The position numbers and the translations under genes are program-made. Below, one piece after another: positions 26,845-32,000 of a stretch of 32,000 bases of DNA; position 1 is the first letter of the stretch; every line of letters starts with the position of its first letter. Under the pieces are notes generated by a model. That model saw only the letters and a list, made by a program, of their open reading frames with translations, was not told where the DNA came from and did not search any database. The stretch covers positions 1,572,794 through 1,604,793 of the forward strand of contig NC_014408.1 of NCBI RefSeq assembly GCF_000145295.1, read 5' to 3'. Source of the stretch: Methanothermobacter marburgensis str. Marburg (lineage in GTDB: Archaea; Methanobacteriota; Methanobacteria; Methanobacteriales; Methanothermobacteraceae).

Positions 26845-28050
26845 TTAGAATGTCCGGAGCTGGCCCTTGACCAGCATCTCGGTTATGCTTGGTATGTCCT
26901 CAAGCCATGCGTCCATTACTCCTGAAACCTTTCCTGTGATGTCATCCATGGTGTAGCCGTCCTCAAGGATCACCTGGGCTGTGGCGGCCTTGGGGTGGTC
27001 GATTGGCTTTCCTATCTGGCTGAGTATCATTATATGGACCTGTTTAACTCCCTCGATGCTCTCCACTATGTCTGCGGCCATCTGGTTTGAGAGCAGATTG
27101 TAGATCTTACCTACATGGTTTATAGGGTTCTTACCTGATGTTGCCTCCATGGACATTGGCCTGTTGGGTGTTATGAGGCCGTTGGCCCTGTTACCCCGTC
27201 CCACTGATCCGTCATCACCCATCTCAGCGGAGGTCCCTGTAACTGTTATGTAAACGGATGGCTCATCGTCCTCACAGCGGTCGGCTGTATTTACAAAAAC
27301 CTCAAGGTTTCTCTCTGTGATCCCTGAGGCCAGCTTGAATACCTCATCCTTCACCACATTCTTGATCTCAAGGTATTCCTCTAGGTCTGATACGTATCTG
27401 TCCACCATTGCACAGGCAACTGTAAGGGTTATGTTGTCGTTTTCCCTGAGACCCATGACCTTTATGTCCTCACCCACTGCGGGGTATTTCTTCTTGAATT
27501 CAGGGGAGTTGAGGAGGTTCTCTGCCTCCATCACTATCCTCTCGGTCTCTGAGAATGGTGCGAATCCAACCCCGAATGATGTGTCATTTGATAGGGGCGC
27601 CCTTCCCTTCCTTGCAAAGACATCCCTCAGGTCCCCTGAACCGTGCCCGATCTTGCACTCCACCACGGTGCAGGTCTCAACATCAAGGTTTATTATGTTG
27701 TCCCTGAGGTACTCCTTGGCTGCTGATATGGCTATCCTGTCAAGGCCTATCTTCTCTCCATCAACCTCGGCGATGCCCCTTCCCGTGAGGAGTATCTCTA
27801 TCGGTTTTATAACCTCACCGCCTCCAAACTGTGGTGCGGATTCTCCGGCTGTTATCTGTACCTCGTCGGTGTTGTGGTGCATTATGGCACCGAATCTGTC
27901 AAGGTAGGCGTTGCAGAGGGCCCTGCTCACTGATTCAGCGATCCCGTCACTTATACTGTCAGGGTGTCCTATGCCCTTCCTTTCAACTATTTCCACCTTC
28001 TGGTCCTCGATTGGTGTCTGGTTAAGGGGTTCAACGATAATATTTCTCAC
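26845..28050 (-). CDS. mat: Archaeal-type S-adenosylmethionine synthetase (methionine adenosyltransferase)
   Basis: Signature [24 protein letters not shown]. The GTG start at 28050 gives MRNIIVEP..., like other archaeal MATs as I recall them, and is preceded by GGAGGTT (plus coordinates 28057-28063). The ORF-track ATG at 28077 lies upstream of that SD. Confidence 0.9.
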   Translation of the reverse strand: MRNIIVEPLNQTPIEDQKVEIVERKGIGHPDSISDGIAESVSRALCNAYLDRFGAIMHHNTDEVQITAGESAPQFGGGEVIKPIEILLTGRGIAEVDGEKIGLDRIAISAAKEYLRDNIINLDVETCTVVECKIGHGSGDLRDVFARKGRAPLSNDTSFGVGFAPFSETERIVMEAENLLNSPEFKKKYPAVGEDIKVMGLRENDNITLTVACAMVDRYVSDLEEYLEIKNVVKDEVFKLASGITERNLEVFVNTADRCEDDEPSVYITVTGTSAEMGDDGSVGRGNRANGLITPNRPMSMEATSGKNPINHVGKIYNLLSNQMAADIVESIEGVKQVHIMILSQIGKPIDHPKAATAQVILEDGYTMDDITGKVSGVMDAWLEDIPSITEMLVKGQLRTF

Positions 28051-28143
28051 ACTGATAACCTCCTGATGAATATGCACAATAATGGTTTATGGTTTTGAGC
28101 TGATGATATAAATAAATATAACACAGTGTTTTCAGGAGAATCT
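28051..28143. promoter_or_regulatory. Divergent promoter region between mat and the DUF192 gene
   Basis: GATATAAATAAATATA at about 28104-28120 is usable as a TATA element on either strand. AGGAGA at 28134-28139 precedes the ATG at 28144. Confidence 0.4.
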
Positions 28144-28509
28144 ATGATGGAGAAAGAGGTGTTCAATAAGACAAGGGGCGCCACTCTTGGTGCTGTGAGG
28201 TTTGCAGATACATTCCTTTCACGTTTCAGGGGTTTGATGCTCAGGAGGAATGTTGAGACTGGACTTGTACTTGAAATACCCGAGGGACGTGGAAGATATG
28301 GCTCGGGAATACACATGTTCTTCATGCTGGTCCCGCTTGACGTTCTATTCGTTGATAAAAATATGAGGGTGGTGGATATGGCTAAACTCAAACCATGGCA
28401 GGTCTACAATCCAGTGAAACCTGCAAGGTATGTTATAGAACTTAAAAAGGGAAAAATTGATGAAACCGGGACCCGAATAGGCGACACGCTGGAATTTAAG
28501 GATATCTGA
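28144..28509 (+). CDS. DUF192 (COG1430) family protein
   Basis: The pattern [15 protein letters not shown]...[25 protein letters not shown] is typical of DUF192. I prefer the ATG at 28144 with an upstream SD over the ORF-track GTG at 28126. Confidence 0.75.
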   Translation: MMEKEVFNKTRGATLGAVRFADTFLSRFRGLMLRRNVETGLVLEIPEGRGRYGSGIHMFFMLVPLDVLFVDKNMRVVDMAKLKPWQVYNPVKPARYVIELKKGKIDETGTRIGDTLEFKDI

Positions 28510-28549
28510 TTCCACCTCAGGAACCCTAAAATGTGAAATCCCATGGGAG

Positions 28550-28942
28550 CTAGGATCCCGCCCTCTTTTTTATCTCGGAGATTGCAACCTCCGCCACCCT
28601 CCGAACCATTGGGCTCTCATCGTCAAGGAGGCCCTCAAGGTCCTCGACTGAATCCTCATCACCGAGTATTCCAAGGGCCAGGGCACAGGCGTACCTCACA
28701 CCGGGTTTCTCATCTGAAAGATGCTCCCTCAGGGGTTCAACAGCCCTTTTATCATCAAAGGTTGCAAGGGCGAGTGCAGCCGCCTCCCGGACATGGTAGT
28801 CCTCGTCATCAAGGGCCTCTATGAGTGGTTCCACAGCCCGGGGATCTGCAACCTCTGCAAGGAGTTCAACAGCGTCCTCACGCACAACCCAGTCAGGGTT
28901 CTTGAGTTCCTCAAGGAGAAAATCAATCCTCTTACCCTCCAT
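28550..28942 (-). CDS. HEAT-repeat (PBS-lyase-type) protein
   Basis: There are four tandem units of about 31 aa ending in ...RAVEPL / ...SVEDL ([87 protein letters not shown]). The start is ATG at 28942 (GGGGGTG upstream) or ATG at 28963. Confidence 0.8.
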   Translation of the reverse strand: MEGKRIDFLLEELKNPDWVVREDAVELLAEVADPRAVEPLIEALDDEDYHVREAAALALATFDDKRAVEPLREHLSDEKPGVRYACALALGILGDEDSVEDLEGLLDDESPMVRRVAEVAISEIKKRAGS

Positions 28943-29048
28943 TAAAACACCCCCTATCTCCATTATTTCTGTTGCAGATGATAATTAAATTTTATGAAGG
29001 AGAATGGGTGCTGACCTTAAAACGTAATGTTGGAGGGCTTTGGAATGG

Positions 29049-29744
29049 TCATATGTTCCCGAGAATTTCCCCGGGCCTCTCAAACACGGTTATGCCCTCC
29101 ATTGAAGAGAGCCTCTCTGTGTTTCTGATGTCCACCTCCCTCATGTGGATGGTTATTATCCTCCCCCCTGAGACAGCACCATATGGACATGCGCTCTGAC
29201 ACAGACCGCAGCCCCTGCACTTGAGGAGCCTTATCTCAACCCCCGGCACTATGGCGTCCCCGGGACATGCAGCTGCAGCAAGGCACTGCTCGCATCTCCT
29301 GCAGAGTTCAAGTTCAAGTTTTGATGGGAGGACCGTTTCAACGTCCCCCTCCTCAAGGTCCACCGGGACGCAGTACACCGGCACTCCCCCCTTACCTGCC
29401 TGGGCCACGGCGTTTGTCACAAGTGTGTCGGCTATGCCATGAACTATCTTGGCCACGGTATTGGATGTTACAGGGGATACCACCAGAAGGTCATACCTAC
29501 CCATGGAGAGCCTGCCTGTTATGGGGAAGCTGTAGCCCTCGTCACTTTCAAGGACAAATTCCCTGTAGTATCCGCCAGAAAGTTTCCTGACCCTTTCAAA
29601 GAGGCCGTACATCCTCAGAACCTCCTCTGCGGCACCTGATAGGAGTATGGTTACCTCGTGACCCCTGGAAACCATCTCCTCCAGTGCCTCCACACTCTCA
29701 AGGAGGAGGTGCCCGGCCCCTGTGAATGCCCAGGCAATTCTCAT
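29049..29744 (-). CDS. Iron-sulfur flavoprotein: AfpA/flavoprotein-fold N-terminal domain plus two ferredoxin-type Cys motifs; DmrX-like (dihydromethanopterin reductase candidate)
   Basis: The N-terminus is [23 protein letters not shown]...[11 protein letters not shown]...[24 protein letters not shown] (flavoprotein fold). The C-terminus carries [14 protein letters not shown] and [12 protein letters not shown]. The architecture matches my recollection of Methanosarcina DmrX. The ATG directly abuts the glyA stop. Confidence 0.6.
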   Translation of the reverse strand: MRIAWAFTGAGHLLLESVEALEEMVSRGHEVTILLSGAAEEVLRMYGLFERVRKLSGGYYREFVLESDEGYSFPITGRLSMGRYDLLVVSPVTSNTVAKIVHGIADTLVTNAVAQAGKGGVPVYCVPVDLEEGDVETVLPSKLELELCRRCEQCLAAAACPGDAIVPGVEIRLLKCRGCGLCQSACPYGAVSGGRIITIHMREVDIRNTERLSSMEGITVFERPGEILGNI

Positions 29745-31016
29745 CTACAGGATCTCCATGTACTTGTAGGCCCCTGACTCCTCAAAGGCGTAGTGGACCT
29801 TTGTATAGGAGGACATGAACTCTGAAACCTCTTCCTTAACATTCCTGCCATCAATAACAACCTTCTTTATGTATTCTGCAACCTCTGACATCTCTGACTC
29901 CTTCATTCCGCGCCTTGTTATCTCCTGTGTACCTATCCTTATTCCTGATGGGTCGTCTGACCTGTTAACATCGTCCCATGGGAGAAGGTTCTTGTTGAGT
30001 ATTATGTTGTTGGCCTCGAGTTTTTTGGATATCTCGGCGGCCCTGCCAATGTCTGATACATCCATCACAACCTGATGGGATTCTGTGAAGTCGAGGTGCT
30101 CACAGAGTACGTTGAATCCAAGTTCATTGAGGTTTTCTGCGAGTTTCTTTGCGTTTCTGATTGTCTGTGCCGCGTATTCACTTCCAAACTCAAGCATCTC
30201 TGCGGTTGCTATTCCAAGTCCTGCCACGTGGTGGAGGTGGTGGTTACTCACAAGTCCCGGGAAGACAGCCTCATCTATGTCATCTGCAAGTTCCTCCCTG
30301 CAGAGGATTATGCCGCCCTGGGGTCCGGGGAATGTCTTGTGTGTGCTTCCCACCAGCATATCGGCGCCCTCCCTGAGGGGATCCTGGAAGTATCCGCCTG
30401 CAATTAGGCCAAGGACGTGGGCGCCGTCGTACATTATCCTTGCACCCACCTCCTCTGCGGCCTCAACTGCCTCCTCCACAGGGTGGGGGAAGAGGAAGAG
30501 GCTTCCGCCGAAGAGTATTATCCTTGGTTTGACCTCAAGGATCTTCTTCTTCATTGCATCGGCGTCTATGTTCATGTTTTCAAAGTCAAAGGGGTGGGTG
30601 TATATTTTGAATCCCCTCACACCGGCTGCACTGACCTTGGCATGTGATATGTGGCCGCCGTATGGGACCTCCATGGCCATCATGGGGTCGCCAACATCTG
30701 CAGTTGCAAAGAAGCAGGCGAGGTTGGCCACAACACCCGATGTTGGCTGGACATTTGCATGTTCTGCCCTGAAGAGTTTCTTTGAGAGTTCAATTGTGAT
30801 CTCTTCAATCTCATCTATGTACCTGCAGCCCTCATAGAGCCTCTCACCGGGAAGACCCTCTGCATAGCGGTGTGAAAGGTCAGAGATGAGGGCCTCCTTG
30901 ACCCTTGAACTGGTTATATTTTCACTTGCTATGAGGTTGATGCTTGACTCCATCCAGCTGTTATGATCCTTCATGAGATCTCTTATCCTCTCGGTATAAT
31001 CCTGATTGCTGACCAT
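29745..31016 (-). CDS. glyA: Serine hydroxymethyltransferase (tetrahydromethanopterin-dependent type in methanogens)
   Basis: Motifs [12 protein letters not shown] and the PLP-Lys motif [14 protein letters not shown] prefer the ATG at 31016 (GGAGAT 7 nt upstream, TATA TTTTATATTG further upstream). The ORF-track start at 31088 would include the promoter. Confidence 0.9.
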   Translation of the reverse strand: MVSNQDYTERIRDLMKDHNSWMESSINLIASENITSSRVKEALISDLSHRYAEGLPGERLYEGCRYIDEIEEITIELSKKLFRAEHANVQPTSGVVANLACFFATADVGDPMMAMEVPYGGHISHAKVSAAGVRGFKIYTHPFDFENMNIDADAMKKKILEVKPRIILFGGSLFLFPHPVEEAVEAAEEVGARIMYDGAHVLGLIAGGYFQDPLREGADMLVGSTHKTFPGPQGGIILCREELADDIDEAVFPGLVSNHHLHHVAGLGIATAEMLEFGSEYAAQTIRNAKKLAENLNELGFNVLCEHLDFTESHQVVMDVSDIGRAAEISKKLEANNIILNKNLLPWDDVNRSDDPSGIRIGTQEITRRGMKESEMSEVAEYIKKVVIDGRNVKEEVSEFMSSYTKVHYAFEESGAYKYMEIL

Positions 31017-31105
31017 GAAAATCATCTCCATTAGGAAATAGTTAAAATTACAATATAAAATTGGTGCCGCTATTATACTTGCAGCCAATCATGAGCCAAT
31101 CAGAT
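31017..31105 (-). promoter_or_regulatory. glyA promoter with an upstream tandem direct repeat
   Basis: The minus-strand TATA TTTTATATTG corresponds to plus coordinates 31051-31060. The tandem AGCCAATCA at 31083-31091 and 31094-31102 has an 11-bp period and lies upstream of the TATA. Confidence 0.45.
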
Positions 31106-31169
31106 GAAATCCTGCAAGATGATGCGAAACAGACGGCTACAGAATAGCATTGAAACAGAATCAAATCAG

Positions 31170-31209
31170 CAGAGATAAAAGAAAAGGTTTTGATGGGTCC
31201 CAGCCCATC
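31170..31209 (-). terminator. Hairpin plus oligo-U candidate terminator after hdrA
   Basis: The inverted repeat GATGGG (31192-31197) / CCCATC (31204-31209) has a 6-nt loop and starts at the stop codon. On the minus strand it is followed by AAAACCTTTTCTTTTATCTCT. Confidence 0.45.
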
Positions 31210-32000
31210 TATTTTGAAGCGGGTTCGTTGAGTGCAGCTTCGATCTGAGCCATGATCTGCTCTGTTTTAAAGTGCTGCTGGTCCATTGCACCTGATGGGC
31301 ATGCTGCCACACAGGTACCGCAACCCTTACAGAGGGCCACGTTGACGTTGGCATGCCCTTCCTCTATGCTTATGGCACCGAATGGGCAGAGCTCAATGCA
31401 GACCTCACAGCCACCGCAGACATCGGAATCTGTAACTGCGATTATTGGCTCAATTTCCACTTCACCCTTGACCATTGGTATTGCTGCACGTGCAGCTGCA
31501 CCTGAAGCCTGCGCAACAGCGTCAGGAATGTCCTTTGGACCCTGAGCCACACCTGCAAGGTACACACCGTCTGTCAGTGTGTCAACAGGTCTGAGTTTTG
31601 GGTGTGCTTCCATGAGGAACCCGTCTGCAGATTTGGATAGACCGATTGTCTGCCTCAGTGTCTCTGCACCCTCTGGTGGCACGAGACCAACACCAAGGAC
31701 AACCATGTCGTAGTCGTACTCTGTGACCTTACCCAGGAGTGTGTCCTCTGATCTCACTGTGAGTGTGAGGTCAGGGTTCTCGATGACCTCAGCGGGTCGT
31801 CCCCTTATGAATTTGATTCCATATTTCTCCTGTGAGCGTTTGTAGAATTCCTCGAATCCTTTACCGAATGCCCTTATGTCCATGTAGTAGAGTGTGACCT
31901 CTGTGTCAGGCATTTTGTCCTTGATGAGCTGTGCGTTCTTCATGATGTACATACAGCAGACACGGGAACAGTAGGGTTTTCCAATCTGTTCGTCCCTTGA
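31209..32000 (-). CDS. hdrA: Heterodisulfide reductase subunit A, C-terminal part; the 5' end lies beyond the window
   Basis: The frame stays open to position 32000 (…[24 protein letters not shown]…). Two ferredoxin motifs are present, [12 protein letters not shown] and [12 protein letters not shown]. The ORF-track internal Met at 31952 is not the start. Confidence 0.9.
   Translation of the reverse strand, partial: SRDEQIGKPYCSRVCCMYIMKNAQLIKDKMPDTEVTLYYMDIRAFGKGFEEFYKRSQEKYGIKFIRGRPAEVIENPDLTLTVRSEDTLLGKVTEYDYDMVVLGVGLVPPEGAETLRQTIGLSKSADGFLMEAHPKLRPVDTLTDGVYLAGVAQGPKDIPDAVAQASGAAARAAIPMVKGEVEIEPIIAVTDSDVCGGCEVCIELCPFGAISIEEGHANVNVALCKGCGTCVAACPSGAMDQQHFKTEQIMAQIEAALNEPASK

Overview
The window reads as a gene-dense, moderately GC-rich archaeal chromosome segment. 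Gene content and order match what I remember of Methanothermobacter (M. thermautotrophicus region around MTH1349 msvR to MTH1381 hdrA). That assignment is from memory and was not checked by any search. All family calls rest on by-eye motif recognition in the supplied ORF translations.

Layout from left to right:
- (1) An O2/redox-stress block: msvR sits divergent from the fpaA / rubrerythrin-like / rubredoxin-V4R operon, followed by an Nox-family flavoprotein coupled to an unknown 261-aa protein.
- (2) A tightly coupled plus-strand string: ArsC/LMW-PTP-like, a Cys-containing protein (possibly DUF166), DsrE-like, DsrF-like, a CX2CX4CX16C Fe-S-domain protein, and DsrH-like.
- (3) feoAB, preceded by three TTAGG-N4-CCTAA palindromes, and upstream of that a 1334-aa CobN-like protein with a signal peptide and a C-terminal membrane anchor.
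- (4) A small zinc-ribbon ORF, an S2P/M50 protease, moeA, and an ABC-2 transporter with one ATPase and two paralogous permeases.
- (5) A minus-strand housekeeping run: archaeal SAM synthetase, ileS, purL, and a VTE5/dolichol-kinase-like membrane protein.
- (6) A DUF192 protein, a HEAT-repeat protein, glyA abutting a DmrX-like Fe-S flavoprotein, and the 3' part of hdrA running off the window end.

I saw no rRNA, tRNA, CRISPR array, transposase, integrase or recognisable defence genes.

The most interesting candidates are the DsrEFH-like cluster with its embedded Fe-S protein, the apparently extracytoplasmic CobN homologue next to feoAB, the iron-box-like operator triplet, and the rubredoxin-V4R paralogue of the MsvR sensor domain. 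Several ORF-track starts look over-extended and were trimmed to starts preceded by a Shine-Dalgarno-like sequence.
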